A stretch of 64,000 nt of DNA from Eledone cirrhosa (Eukaryota), in NCBI GenBank assembly GCA_964016885.1, contig OZ024743.1:100316001-100380000 (forward strand), written 5' to 3'. The notes under the pieces were generated by a model that did no database searches, was not told the origin of the DNA, and saw only the letters and a program-made list of their open reading frames with translations. The translations under genes and the position numbers were made by a program. Positions 1 to 14,782 of the stretch are shown piece after piece (within the stretch, counting starts at the first letter, position 1; every line of letters begins with the position of its first letter).

Positions 1-175
1 ATGGACGTTAAATGATGATGATGATGATGATATATATATATATATATGTATGTATGTATGTATATATATGTATGTATTTATTGATACATATACATTCATA
101 CATGCGTTCACATACTCTAAGTAACTCGTGTGAAATAATTATTGTTAATTGTTTTACTTTCAAAATCTCTTTTAG

Positions 176-336
176 TTGTGTAACTAGTGTGCAATGGAGT
201 CTGAAAAATGAAAGTGAGAGCTGCTACCTAAGTGTCTCGCACAAGGATGCTGTTTGTATCTGGAAAGTAGAAGGAGAGGTCCCTAAGCTGGAATTGAAAC
301 AGATTCGTAAAATATGTGCAGAAGCCTTACCACAAG
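176..336 (+). CDS. WDCP: WDCP exon (first in window): CVTSVQWS...AEALPQ
   Basis: tttag acceptor at 171-175, donor G|GTAAGT at 337; phase 2 in, phase 1 out. Confidence 0.9.
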
Positions 337-3300
337 GTAAGTTTTATGTGGTGGAAAGTTTTATACAGTCTGGTATATCAAGCAGACTTATGATCAAATG
401 CATTCCAACTATGACCATCCCATCTATTAGACAAAACAATTTACATCCTATGGTCCTTGCAAACTGTTTCTAAGAACCTTAATCCTTTCATTACCATATA
501 TCTGCCTATTATTTTGAAAATAATCAAGGATCTGGAGTGATTTGGTAATGTAACTGACATTGTCATTAAGTTAGTGTTTGGATCATAACTTAACAGAGGT
601 TCTTACATAATAATAGAACGTTTTTAGTTAAATATAATCACTTTAAAATAAACAGTTCTGTATCATAAAACTGGAAGTGGTTCCAGGCAGTTTGGTATCA
701 ATTAAGAATAGTTGTACAGTGAAGAAAAGAGTTGATGATTAATATCATTTTACTCCTCCTAGCAAGTCTACTGCTAACCAAGCCAAAACCGACCCCAATA
801 AAGTGTTCAAATTTGAATGCAAATCCTGGGCTTAAATCTCATTATTATATGGTCGGTAATATTACATTTCAGTAGTTAGATAATGAGTTGAAAGTTAGTT
901 AACTAAAGTTTCTCATAATTATTGAATTCTTTGATAATTAAAACACAAAGGCAATATATTTTTGTTAGAAATATGGCAACAGAAAGGTTAGAGAAAAGTA
1001 CAGATTGGATGATGTAGTCCTGGGTACACTATGCCTAAGAAAAGACAGGATGGGCATGGCTAGATTCCTTTGATCATAGGTCTGCTGAATCAGGAACAAC
1101 TACCTCTGTTACTACTACTAAAACAATGCAATCACTATTACTGCTGTTACTTAAACATCATTTGTTACTGTTGCTACTACTACTACTACTACTACAAATA
1201 ACCACCACCACCACCAATTTTAAGTACTTAATAAGAGACTATTTGGTGAGTTATTAAGCCTTAGTAGTAGCCTATATAGTCTAACTAGGTTTCATCCTAC
1301 TTCTGAGGACAATAAACCCCTTTCTGTTCTACTCAGCCATGACCCATGCTCTTTGGTGGTAGTAGTAGTAGTAGTAGTGGTGGTGATGATGGTGGTGGTG
1401 GTAGTGCTTGTGGTAGTAGTAGTAGTAGTAATGGTGGTGGTGGTGGTAAGAAAAAGAAGAATACATCTAAAGTTAATATTCACCCACCCCCACCTCTTCC
1501 ACCACAACCACCACTCCACTGTTATTATTTAACCCCAGGTCAATCCTGATCCAGCAGGCATATGATCAAAGATATTCCAATCATTATCACCTTCTCTTTT
1601 TTATTTCAGGCATGATTTACCCCAAGCTACATTATTTATTTTGGCCCTTTCGAATTTCTAATGAAATACACCATATCTGAATTAATTAATGAAAAATTTT
1701 GAAGAATTTATTAAAATTATTAAAATAGTATTTGTAACATAACTTAAGGTTATCAAATTATTTTAGAAGATTTAAATTTAAATAAGAATCTTTTAAAATG
1801 AATAGAATCAGAGGCGGTTTTAGGTAGGTTGGTATTGAAAGGTTTAACCCTTTAGCATTTACATTACTCCATATATACTATTATATTTTTCTGGTAAAGG
1901 CTTTATCTTACATAATTATCTCACATAACATTGAATCTACGAGATTTTGATGTTATTTATTTTTAGAACAATACCATAACATCAGTATGAGTGGCAAGTT
2001 ATGGCCGGTTTGAACAGAATGAGGTGAGAGAATTCTGGCTGGATACGGCCAGTTTAAATGCTAATGGGTTAAATGGAGTAGTGATGACGTTCTGCTCTTT
2101 GGCTACAGGAGGCAGACAAAAGAGCTTAAGGTTAGCCAACAGTATTATGAGAATATACCAGTAGGTCTACCTGGTAGGTTACTATCACCAAAAATGCTCA
2201 ACTGTCAACCCTTCAAGTATATATGGCGTGTATCCTTCAACAGCACCACCATTCCTTGGCTAACATAACTAGGAATATTTCCTGTCTGCTGACGGTTGTA
2301 GTAGACCAAGACAGTGGCAAACAAATAGTTCAAGATCCATTCTTGCCACAAGTATCTCATGTGCTTTCTCTGTTAGCTTCTTTTAACTGATTAGTTCCAT
2401 TAGTCTACTGTTCTCAATCATATTTTTAAATAAAGTGTAAAGTGGTTGGTGACAGGTAGGGCATCTAGCCATAGAAAATCTGCTGAAGGGCCAGGAGGAC
2501 TCTTCAGTTGTGTCAAAGACAACTTCCTTAGTGCTGATGCCATGCTAAAATAAACATGGTAGAGTGTAAGAACATATGTGTGATGCAGGACCCTTGCTCA
2601 TCTGAATACTTGGTATCATTCAGATGCTGGTCTTGCTGTTGGCTAAGTTGGGCCTAGTCTCTCTTCTTCCCATTCCTTCTCTACATCAGCCTTTCACACT
2701 AACATTTCCAGACTTCTTTCTTTTGGACATTAGTGTTGCTAAGTGTACCAGTGTCATTTGTAACACATTTTTCCCCCAACATCATCTTGAACACTGCCTT
2801 ACAATGTGGAACACTTCATGTCTCTGAACCTCAGAGATATCAAAAAGATATTCACAAACTTTCTTTCTTCAGTCTCTTTCCAAGCTATGATTACCTGTCA
2901 TCTAACATCTCTCTTAGCTACCTAGTACTGGTCTCTGCTACCCCCATTTTTTCAGTCATTCAATGCCTGCTTCTTGGCTTTAAAGGCTCTATCTTCTGTT
3001 CCACTACCAGGTCACCCTTTGTCTGGCTAGTGCTTTGCTCCAGCCACAAGTCTCATCAGAAATTCACAAAAGGTTGTCATGTGAGAATTTCCAAGTGTCC
3101 TCTATATCATATGCATCTAACTCATCTCCTCTCTCATCAAATGCATCCCATAAGGCCTTTCTGAATCTATATTTAACAGAAAGGTCTTTTAGCTTTCAAG
3201 CCTTCCCTCTCCATATTTTCCTGCATATCTTGTTCCATCTTGTGTTGATCCTGATGTCACTAATAACTTGAACTGGGCAGCACATTCTTCCCCAGGAAAG

Positions 3301-4135
3301 ACCTTAGCATTTATCATAGCCTGTCTGTCTCAATGTCTTATAAGTAAAAAAATCAATCTGGCTTCTGTGTTTGCCTGATTAGTATGTGATCAGGTTGCTG
3401 CCCAGTTTCCTGAAATTGGGATGCAAATGGTTAATTCATTTGTATCACAGAATTCCTCTTCATATCTTGAGCCATAACCATAGCCGCTATGGACTCCACT
3501 GAATCCATCCCGATACTGTCTCACATGTCCATTCAAGTCACCTGCCAAGATTATAAGGTCTCTTTCATCAGTCTCTGAAGTTGTCTGTAAAGGTTCCTCA
3601 TAGAACCTGTCTTTTTGTTCTTTACACAGCCCTGCCTGTGCTGCATGGGTAGATGTAATTGTCACCATTCTATTTGCTACAGCTATTCTTAGCTTGAAGA
3701 TTCTGTCACTTACTCTAACTATCTTATCTATCCATTTCTCAGCTAGTAAGATGCCTACACCACCAGCCCCATCATCATTTCCTATCCAGTAAAGTTTGTA
3801 TCTACATTGTTTGCCAGTAGTAGTGTCACTGAGGCACAACTCCATCTCAACCCTTGTACACAGCATACGTCCACTTCACTTCTCTCTAACAGTTCCACAA
3901 TTCACCTGATTTACCTTTCAGAGTGCCCACATTGATAGTAGAGGACCTGAGATTTGTAACTTGGCAGATGTTATTTCCTTGGGTAGCAGTTCTTTGTACA
4001 TGGAAGGGGAAAAGGCTGTACAATTGCTTGATGACGGTAGAGGGGCTCTCACCCATGGCTACTCTAGCCACCCACTACTATATGCAACATTAACATGACT
4101 ATTCTTAGACCTGTGTACACAATTAGTGTGAATCT

Positions 4136-4174
<39 letters not shown>

Positions 4175-4266
4175 GTGTCTTACCTATGAAGGCATGGAAA
4201 ATAGTTGTTAAACATGATGATGATGATGACATGTATATATATATATATCAGGGTAAATAGATATTA

Positions 4267-4309
<43 letters not shown>

Positions 4310-4334
4310 TGTATACACTATATATATGTGTGTG

Positions 4335-4376
<42 letters not shown>

Positions 4377-7300
4377 TATATACACACACACATATGTATA
4401 CACTATTATATGTATGTATGTGTGAGTATATACATATATACACACACATATACAAAGCAATTACATTGACTCAGTATGTGTCTATTCTAGGGCTCACCTT
4501 TCACCTCCAGCTTCTTCACCTATCACCTCCACCCCCTTCACTCACCTATCACCCCCCACTCACCTATCACCCCCCCCCCCCCCCCTCACTCACATATCCC
4601 CCCCCTTTCACCTTACACCACCATTTAAACTTAATGACTAGTAACATAGACACTACTTTGTTTTTATTGTTTTTCACTTCTAGCTTCTTTTGGTTCAAAT
4701 CTTCTTCATTGCCCTCCTCCACCACCACCACCCTCTCCTCCTTCTCCACCACCACCCTCTCTTCCTCCACCACCACCACCCTCTCCTTCTCCTCCTCCAC
4801 TACCACCCTCTCTTCCTCCACCACCACCACCACCCTCTCCTTCTCCTCCTCCTCCACCACCACCCTCTCTTCTTCCACCACCACCACCACCACCCTCTCC
4901 TTCTCCTCCTCCACTACCACCCTCTCTTCCTCCTCCACCACCACCCTCTCTTCCTCCACCACCACCACCCTCTCTTCCTCTACCACCACCACCCTCTCCT
5001 CCTCCTCCACCACCCTCTTTTCCTCCACCACCACTACCCTCTCTTCCTCCACCACCACTACCCTCTCTTCCTCCTCCACTACCACCCTCTCTTCCTCCAC
5101 CACCACCACCCTCTCTTCCTCCTCCACCACCACCACTACCCTCTCTTCCTCCACCACCACCACCCTCTCCTCCTCCTCCACCACCACCACCCTCTTTTCC
5201 TCCACCACCACTACCCTCTCTTCCTCCACCACAACTACCCTCTCTTCCTCCTCCACTACCACCCTCTCTTCCTCCACCACCACCACCCTCTCCTCCTCCT
5301 CCACCACCACCCTCTCTTCCTCCACCACCACCACCCTCTCTTCCTCTACCACCACCACCCTCTCCTCCTCCACCACCACCACCCTCTTTTCCACCACCAC
5401 CACTACCCTCTCTTCCTCCACCACCACCACCCTCTCCTTCTCCTCCTCCACTACCACCCTCTCTTCCTCCTCCACCACCACCCTCTCTTCCTCCACCACC
5501 ACCACCCTCTCTTCCTCTACCACCACCACCACCCTCTCCTCCTCCTCCACCACCACCACCCTCTTTTCCTCCACCACCACTACCCTCTCTTCCTCCACCA
5601 CCACTACCCTCTCTTCCTCCTCCACTACCACCCTCTCTTCCTCCACCACCACCACCCTCTCCTTCTCCTCCACCACCACCACCCTCTCTTCTTCCACCAC
5701 CACCACCCTCTCCTTCTCCTCCACCACCACCCTCTCTTCTTCCACCACCACCCTCTCCTTCTCCCCCTCCACTACCAGCCTCTCTTCCTCCACCACCACC
5801 CTCTCTTCCTCCACCACCACCACCCTCTCTTCTTCCACCACCACCACCACCCTCTCCTTCTCCTCCACCACCACCACCCTCTCTTCCTCCACCACCACCA
5901 CCCTCTCTTCTTCCAGCACCACCCTCTCCTTCTCCCCCTCCACTACCACCCTCTCTTCCTCCACCACCACCCTCTCTTCCTCCACCACCACCACCCTCTC
6001 TTCTTCCACCACCACCACCACCCTCTCCTTCTCCTCCACCACCACCACCCTCTCTTCCTCCACCACCACCACCCTCTCTTCTTCCAGCACCACCCTCTCC
6101 TTCTCCCCCTCCACTACCACCCTCTCTTCCTCCACCACCACCCTCTCTTCCTCCACCACCACCCTCTCTTCCTCCACCACCACCACCCTCTCTTCCTCCA
6201 CCACCACCACCACCCTCTCTTCCTCCTCCACCACCACCACTACCCTCTCTTCCTCCACCACCACTACCCTCTCTTCCTCCACCACCACCACCCTCTCTTC
6301 CTCCACCACCACCACCACCCTCTCCTCCCCCTCCACTACCAACCTCTCTTCCTCCACCACCACTACCCTCTCTTCCTCCACCACCACCACCCTCTCCTTC
6401 TCCTCCACTACCACCCTCTCTTCCTCTACCACCACCACCCTCTCCACCACCACCACCACCCTCTCTTCCTCCACCACCACCACCACCCTCTCTTCCTCCT
6501 CCACCACCACCACTACCCTCTCTTCCTCCACCACCACTACCCTCTCTTCCTCCACCACCACCACCCTCTCTTCCTCCACCACCACCACCACCCTCTCCTC
6601 CCCCTCCACTACCAACCTCTCTTCCTCCACCACCACTACCCTCTCTTCCTCCACCACCACCACCCTCTCCTTCTCCTCCACTACCACCCTCTCTTCCTCT
6701 ACCACCACCACCCTCTCCACCACCACCACCACCCTCTCCTCCTCCTCCACCACCACCCTCTCTTCCACCACCACCACCACCCTCTCCTTCTCCTCCACTA
6801 CCACCCTCTCTTCCTCCACCACCACTCTCTCTTCCTCCACCTCCACCACCCTCTCTTCCTCCACCACCACTACCCTCTCTTCCACCACCACCACCACCCT
6901 CTCTTCCTCCACCACCACCACCACCCTCTCCTTCTCCTCCTCCACTACCCTCTCTTCCTCCACCACCACCACTCTCTTCCTCCACCACCACCCTCTCTTC
7001 CTCCACCACCACCACCACCCTCTCCTTCTCCTCCTCCACTACCCTCTCTTCCTCCACCTCCATTACCCTCTCTTCCTCCACCACCACTACCCTCTCTTCC
7101 TCCACCACCACCACCACCCTCTCCTTGTCCTCCACTACCACCCTTCTTCCACCACCACCACCACCACCACCCTCTCTTCCTCCACCACCACCACCACCAC
7201 CCTCTCCTTCTCCTCCTCCACTACCACCCTCTCTTCCTCCACCACCACCACCACCACTACCCTCCCTTCCTCCACCACCACCACCCTCTCCACCACCACC

Positions 7301-10300
7301 ATTTTATAGAAACAAGGTCACATTTTGGGTGAGCTTACAAGAGAGTAAAGGGTCTTTAAATGATGATGACATATGTTTGAATGTATGCATACATGTGTAT
7401 ATGTGTATGCATACATGTGTATATGTGTATGCATACATGTGTGTATGTATATGCATACATGTGTGTATGTGTATGCATACATGTGTGTATGTATGCATAC
7501 ATGTGTATATGTGTATGCATACATGTGTATATGTGTATGCATACATGTGTGTATGTGTATGCATACATGTGTGTATGTGTATGCATATACGTGTGTATGT
7601 GTATGCATACATGTGTGTATGTGTATGCATACATGTGTGTGTGTATGTATATGCATACATGTGTGTATGTGTATGCATACATGTGTGTATGTGTATGCAT
7701 ACATGTGTATATGTGTATGCATACATGTGTATATGTGTATGCATACATGTGTGTATGTGTATGCATACATGTGTGTATGTGTATGCATACATGTGTGTAT
7801 GTGTATGCATACATGTGTATATGTGTATGCATACATGTGTATATGTGTATGCATACACGTGTGTATGTGTATGTGTATGCATACATGTGTATATGTGTAT
7901 GCATGAAAGAGAGAGTGAAAGAGAAGCCAATCTACTCTATATGTTATATATTACATCTATGATTAAGGTGCCGTATAACAGAAATAAACAATAGACTGGT
8001 GTGTTTTGTGGGTCATTGTTGAAAGAGTGAGTAGAATAGAAATTATCTTGAAAGGTTAATCATGCTTGGAAGATAGACATTAATGTATGTAAAAACAAAC
8101 ATTTGTGGATTAAGGAAACTGATAATTTGAACGTTGTAATCTTCTATGGTATTATGTAGGTATTTGCTGCTGAACTGTCTTTTTCTCTTGGGTTTTGTTT
8201 GGGTTTTTTTATGTATTTATTTATTTGTTTTTTATCATCCACTCAGCTTTACCTAATGTGTCAGATACAGTTGCTGGGGGTTTTAACTTTCGAATAAAGT
8301 ACCAGGAGTCATCTGTTGTTGGTGGTGGGGGGCGGGGGGCGAATTGGTAGTGGTTAGTGCTTCTTTTTGTTATTATTAGCAAAGAATGGACGGTGGATTG
8401 GCAGTATCAGTAGAGGGTCGGACGCCATGCTTTCCAGCATAGTTACGTCCCTTTACGATCTGAGTTCAAATTCCGCCGAGGTTGACTTTGCCTTTCATCC
8501 TTACGGGGTCGATAAAATAAAGTACCAGTAATACACTGGGTAATTGCTGGCCTTGTGCCAAAAAGTAGAAATAATTATTAATGTTGTTGTTGGCAGTGGT
8601 GGGGGTGGTTATTGATGGTGGCGGTTGTTGTTGTTGGTGCTTCTTCTTTAAGTTGTTGTTGTTGTTGTTGTTGTCATTGTCAATATAATCACCTGTTATC
8701 AGCCCCAAAGATGTGTGGTGGTCTTGTGATTAAGTTAGAAATTAATTTGTTTAACCCTTTAGCATTTAAACCGGTCATATCCAGCCAGAATTCTCTCACC
8801 TCTTTCTGTTCAAACCAGCCATAACTGGCTGCTCATACTGATTTTAAGGTATTGTTCTCAAAATAAATAATATCAGAATCTCATAGATTCTGATATTATG
8901 TGAGATATTATGTGAAGTAAAGAAGCCTTTACCATGAAAATATAATAGTAAATATAGAGTAATGTGAATGGTAAAGGGTTAAACCTTTTGATACCAAACT
9001 GCCCAACCTTACCCGGTTCTATGATACAAAACTGTTTAAGTGTTTTATCTAAAACCCTTCCATCATACTTTTAAGTCAGAATCTTTGTTAAGCTGTTCCA
9101 AACTCTAACTTAATATAGAGAATCTTGATTATTTGAAAATTATATAATAATGAAAATTATTGTGTACAGTGCTCAGGCGCACTACAACTCATCAAAGGTG
9201 CATGAATAGTACATAGAATAATGTAGAAATGTCAGGAAAGTGAACAGTGTTTTTCTTTAGAAATGTGGTAACAAAAGGGTTAATCTTAAGAAATGTACAC
9301 TGAAACACATTGGCTTTGAAGGTGCTCAACTTCAATCTCACTGGCATGGCACATGTTTTTGTAACAGTTAATTTGACAGAATGTAAATAGTTTCCATTCT
9401 GTACTTGATTGTTGAATATCTTCTACTACACTTATGAATCAACCCAAATCTTGTGAGTAAAATTGAATAGACAGACACTATATTGAAGCTTGTCAGATAG
9501 ACTGTACCTGTTCTCAGCTAGAAGATTTAATCTATTACCAGGATTAACCCTTTCATTTCTATTGAAAGATACTGCTTGTCTCTTCCGATCCTCTTTGCTG
9601 AAGGTGAGGGGCCATGGACAATAGCATCAAATCTAATCTGTATGATCCTGTATGTCCATAATTCTCATCAGGGAAAAAAAATGATGTCAGTGAGTCACAA
9701 ATCCTCATCTGACCATTACTCAGAAGCTGGCTTCTGAGCCACAATTCATCAGAAGGATGAAGCTGTTGGCCACTTGAAAGGTTGTCACTAAGGAGTCCCA
9801 TCTACCTGGTTTTGAAATCAGAGTAATCTGTTCCCTAGACAGAATGCCAACCAAATAATTTGGGAAAAATTTAGTAATATAACTAACTTTCTCATTACTT
9901 AACTGATATTTGGAGAATAACATAAATATTTTTGCATAAAATTATGGTAGCAGGTTTTTAGATAGATGTAAACACTTTAAACCCCCACTACACCTCTTGT
10001 ATATCTTATATTGAGTATATCATAAACTAAAGACTTTAATTTTTAATGTTTGTGCTGTATAGCACTTTTCAAAAATGTCTTGCTAATGCAATGGTACAAG
10101 ATGTTAAGAGTTAAAATTTCTTACCCGTGGTCTCTTTCAGGTTGCTTATGGAACCCCCACCGAGAAATTCTATGCATTCTCAGTCAAGAGCAAATCCGGT
10201 TCTTCTACAGATATGGGAAGATTCGGGGTTTGTACTCCATTCCACCTTTAGAAAGGTAAATACATTTTTTTAATGTTAAATTTTTATTTTGTTTTCGTGT

Positions 10301-13300
10301 TCAGTCAGAGATGCATATATATGTTTCTTGGTCTCTTGTATAATGGATTGTAGAAGAAGGTTTAACAAACTCTCCACCATGTAGAGAACTGTAATCCAAG
10401 ATAAATACTAATGTCTTTAGATTGGGTCTACAATGTTCAACAACAGAGAAGCATATGAGAATCTTGTACTCTCAGTAGCTTAATACCATGGAAACCAGAA
10501 TAAGCACCAACCTGAAATGTAAATTTGTAAATGTAAATATAAAAGCATTTTTCAAAAAATTTCTCATCTTATTAGAAACTCATCTTATTAAGCCATTTAG
10601 TAGTAAAAACATATTTGAGGAGAAACTTTAACTGGCCATATTTGAGGAGAAATTTTAACTGACCATATTTGAGGAGAAACTTTAACTGACCAGATTTAAA
10701 GAGTAACAGGTTGGCATCAAAAAGGTTGAGATAGTTGAATGTGAAAGAAATTTGAGAGAATTTAGCTGTTGTTTGTAGCAGATCAGTTAAGTAGATCTCC
10801 CCATAGTCATGTTGATGTTGTTAATGATGTGATACATTTGTTGAAAATTATTGGGGGTTTTTTCGCTTTCAATCTCTTCTAATAGTGGCAGAATAAGTTG
10901 TGGCTCATGGTCTGAAGATGGTTTAAAGCTGGTTGTTTGTTTTGGTTCTGCCATCTTGGTAAGTATTATTTACTATCTATATTGTTAAATTTGTTATCAT
11001 TAGCCATAATAATATGCCATGTATGTTTGTATAGTTATATATATATATATATATATCTGTCTTTAACTCTTTAGAATTTTCACACACTGCATTTCCTATC
11101 TTTGTCATGTTGCTGCAATATGAAGTTTACTTTCCAGTCACAGGTTCCTGAGTTTTAGCCTTACATTTGTCTTTGTAAATACTTATTTATCCAAAGTTAA
11201 ATCCTGTATGTTTATTTTTGCATATATGCTGAACAATTATGTAATTATATCCTAGAAATAATTTTTTCAAATATCATTCTTATGTTTAACGTTTGCGCGC
11301 TCCAGGTGCCTTATGTCATCAATAGAGTTATCTCCCCTTAATACATGATGCAGTGTCAAGGGAAGCAATTCATTAAAAAATTTAGTATGCTAAGGGTTAA
11401 CCACTTCCACATATCAGTAATCAACTTAAACTATAGGGCTTGTTTTATGCAAACCATTAATTTATCAAAATACAAACTTTCCAGTTTGTACAATTGCTTA
11501 TATAACTGGTATGTATGGCATACTGATTCTGGACTCTTCTTCTTCCACTTATTCCTGCGAGGGTCATGGGGGGCAGAGTCCTCAGACATGCTTTCCAGTG
11601 AGTCTTCTCAAAAGCAACCGTCACCAAGTAAAACCAACCAAGCTCATGTGGTTTACCTCTGGGTCTCCTACCAGTTGGCTTTGCCCGTAAAATCAATCCA
11701 GCAATTCTTACCTTAGATATTATAACCACATGTCATAGTATCGGAACTAAGATCTCTTGATTTGGAAAAGTAGCGGCTCTACCTGGAACGACTCCCTGGA
11801 AAAGTAGCAGCTCTACCTGGAACGACTCCCTGATTTCCAAGTTATGCACCCTATCGAATAACATTACTCCAAAGACCTTTCAGAGGAACTCCATTTCGGA
11901 TACTCATATTCTTTTGGTCATTACCCAAGATTCATGACTATAGGTAAGGGTAGGCATGAACATTGAATTGAAGAGTTTGGTTTTTACACCTACCTCCCTT
12001 CTGATGATTGCTGAAGCTGGCATATTACTGGATTCCAAAAATGAAATATGTTCAACAGCATTACTGTCATTATGGATGGCACTAGTCAACTAGTATCTAA
12101 CATTCAATCATTTGTTTCATTACCATATCTGTGCTTTCTTATCTGTGTTGATAAGACACTTAACATCACTTAGTTTACCTGGTCATAAATCAATACAATT
12201 TCATCAAACTATAGTGAAACAATGGACACTATAATTGAGAAGTTTCTTCTACTTTATCAACCTTTTTAGATGTAAATATCATCATTTCACATTTGCCTTT
12301 CCATGCTGGCATAGGTTGGAGGAGTCTTATCAGACCAATTTACTAGTTAATTGGAGCCAATGTCCTCCTTAGTGGGTCAAGTGACCACATCTCACTCAGA
12401 TACTTTCCATTTTGGCATGGTTTCTCCAGCTCTAGAATCTCCAACTCAATTTTCCTCCAGATCCTTTACCTCTGAGAAGGTTTCTTAGATTGTGTGTGGT
12501 GCAGACAGGATTGTGTAGTTAACGAGTATACTTTGCAACTACTTGGTTTCATGTTCAGTCCCATTCAGTGGCACCTTCTATTGTAGACTAATATTGACCA
12601 ATACTTTATGAGTAAAATTTGGTAGATAGAAACTGCGCAGAAGCCAATTGTATGTGTGTGTGCATGTTTATGTCCTGTAACTTAACAGTTCTACAAAAAG
12701 AGGTCAATAAAATAAGTACCAGACTTTTTAAAAAATTAGTACTGGGGGTGATATGATTGATTAAATCCCTTCAAGGTAGTGCTCCAGCATGACCACAGTT
12801 TAATGAGTGAAATCAGTAAGAGAATCCATATCTTTAAATTGTGGTTACACATTTGGAAATAGAACGAGTTCTACTTTGTTTAATATGAAAAATGTGAGGT
12901 TTTATTTGTATTTAGTCTCCTGCCATGTATAAATCTTTTGTCTGTCATACAATTATTGTGGTGATGTTTTCATTGAAAAGTGTCTTGTTCTTGTAATTCA
13001 AGCCAAAAGCTATTCAAACTAGTCACTATCTTTAAAACAAGTTCCGTATATATTGCTTTCACCAAGATGGGTCATAGACAAATGTCCACTCCTACAGCTT
13101 TGTCTTAAATTGTTCCAGTAGACTTGAACCAGCTTACTTACTTCTCATTACCTGAATACCTGTAAAGGGAGTTTCTGTTTTGAAATTGCAAGGCTAGTCT
13201 CAGTTTATCAACTCTACAATGGTCCCTTAACTCCTGATTCAGTCATAAGTGTACCTTAGTGATATCTCTCTCTAGGTCTGAACAAAGCAAGAAGCCTAGA

Positions 13301-13672
13301 AGAAAAATCAACTCTGGTACTGGACTGGTACTTTATATATCAACCTCAGAAGAATGAAAGGGAAAGTTGACCTCAACAGAATTTAAACTCTGAGCAGAGG
13401 TTCCATAAGATACACACAGTGTAATCTGTAATATATATAAGTTGAGAATAAGTAAATAAGTTGAGAATACAATAGTATATATGGCCAATAAAATTTAAAG
13501 CTCAATATGATTTTTAGTCCATAACATAAGTAATAAACAGTCCAAAGTTTAATATAATGGGAACAATTATAATTTCACACAGCATATATATAAAAAAATA
13601 ACTATGAAAGTCCATTCCTGGTTAGTCTAGTGAAATGGTCATAAGTCTATTAAATGTTTTAATAATAATCCT

Positions 13673-13737
<65 letters not shown>

Positions 13738-14197
13738 TCATCATCATCATCATCAACGTTTAACGTCCGTGTTCCACGCTTGCATGGGTTTGGACGGGGG
13801 TAGTCCCACTTGAGGCAAGAGTGATTGTCTTGCTCGCATAGGACTGTCTGGCAGGTTTTCTACAGTTGGATGCCCTTCCTAACACCAACCACATTTACAG
13901 TGTGGGTCTGGGAGGTTTTTACCGTGTTACCTACACGGCCACATTACAGCGTGGACTGTGTGTTTTTTTGTCGTGACACCTACACGATCTCATTTGTTTC
14001 GGCCTGGATGGCGCGGCACCAACATAACTTTACATAGGATGGGGTGGTGTGGATGGGTGGGGGTGGTGGCGGGACGGGGTGTATTTTGTTAGAGATGCCT
14101 ACTGGCAAGGCGGGTCTTCTCTGTTACTGAGAACCGCCAAAGGTCTCGGTCCAGTGACATTGTCTTGGAGAGGTGTAAGTGTGTGAGGTCGGAGTTT

Positions 14198-14264
<67 letters not shown>

Positions 14265-14750
14265 TTCTATATGAACAAGACACGGTCACCTGACCCAACT
14301 TGTCTAACCTATGCTAGTGTGGAAAGTGGACATTAAACGATGATTATATATATATATAAAATAATAATAATAATAATAATAAAAAGGACGGTTTGTTATG
14401 TCTTCATTACGTTTATTGAGTTGTGATGTGTGTGTTTCACTATTGATCAGCTCAAGGTTCGATCTGTATCAATCTAGCTCGACTCTGGAATCAAAAGCTC
14501 TTCGGACTTCTGTATAATAGGTGGATTTCCAATGTATATCTGGAGGTGACCAAAGTTAAAAAAGATATTCAATACATTAATAGAGTATAGGCATCTTTAT
14601 TTTATATAGAAATTACTTCTACAGGACTAGAACTGGTTCATTTGTAAGAAATTATCAGGAAACAGTTCTAGTCCTGTAGAAGTCATTTCTATAATAAAAT
14701 ATAGATATATACATACATACACATACACACATAAGGTTATTATAATAGAG

Positions 14751-14782
<32 letters not shown>

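Noticed and set aside
4328-7994. Long mucin-like / His-rich / Gly-rich ORFs (up to 993 aa)
   Set aside because: Translations of triplet and 20-bp tandem repeats within a WDCP intron, open in most frames, with no splice or domain support
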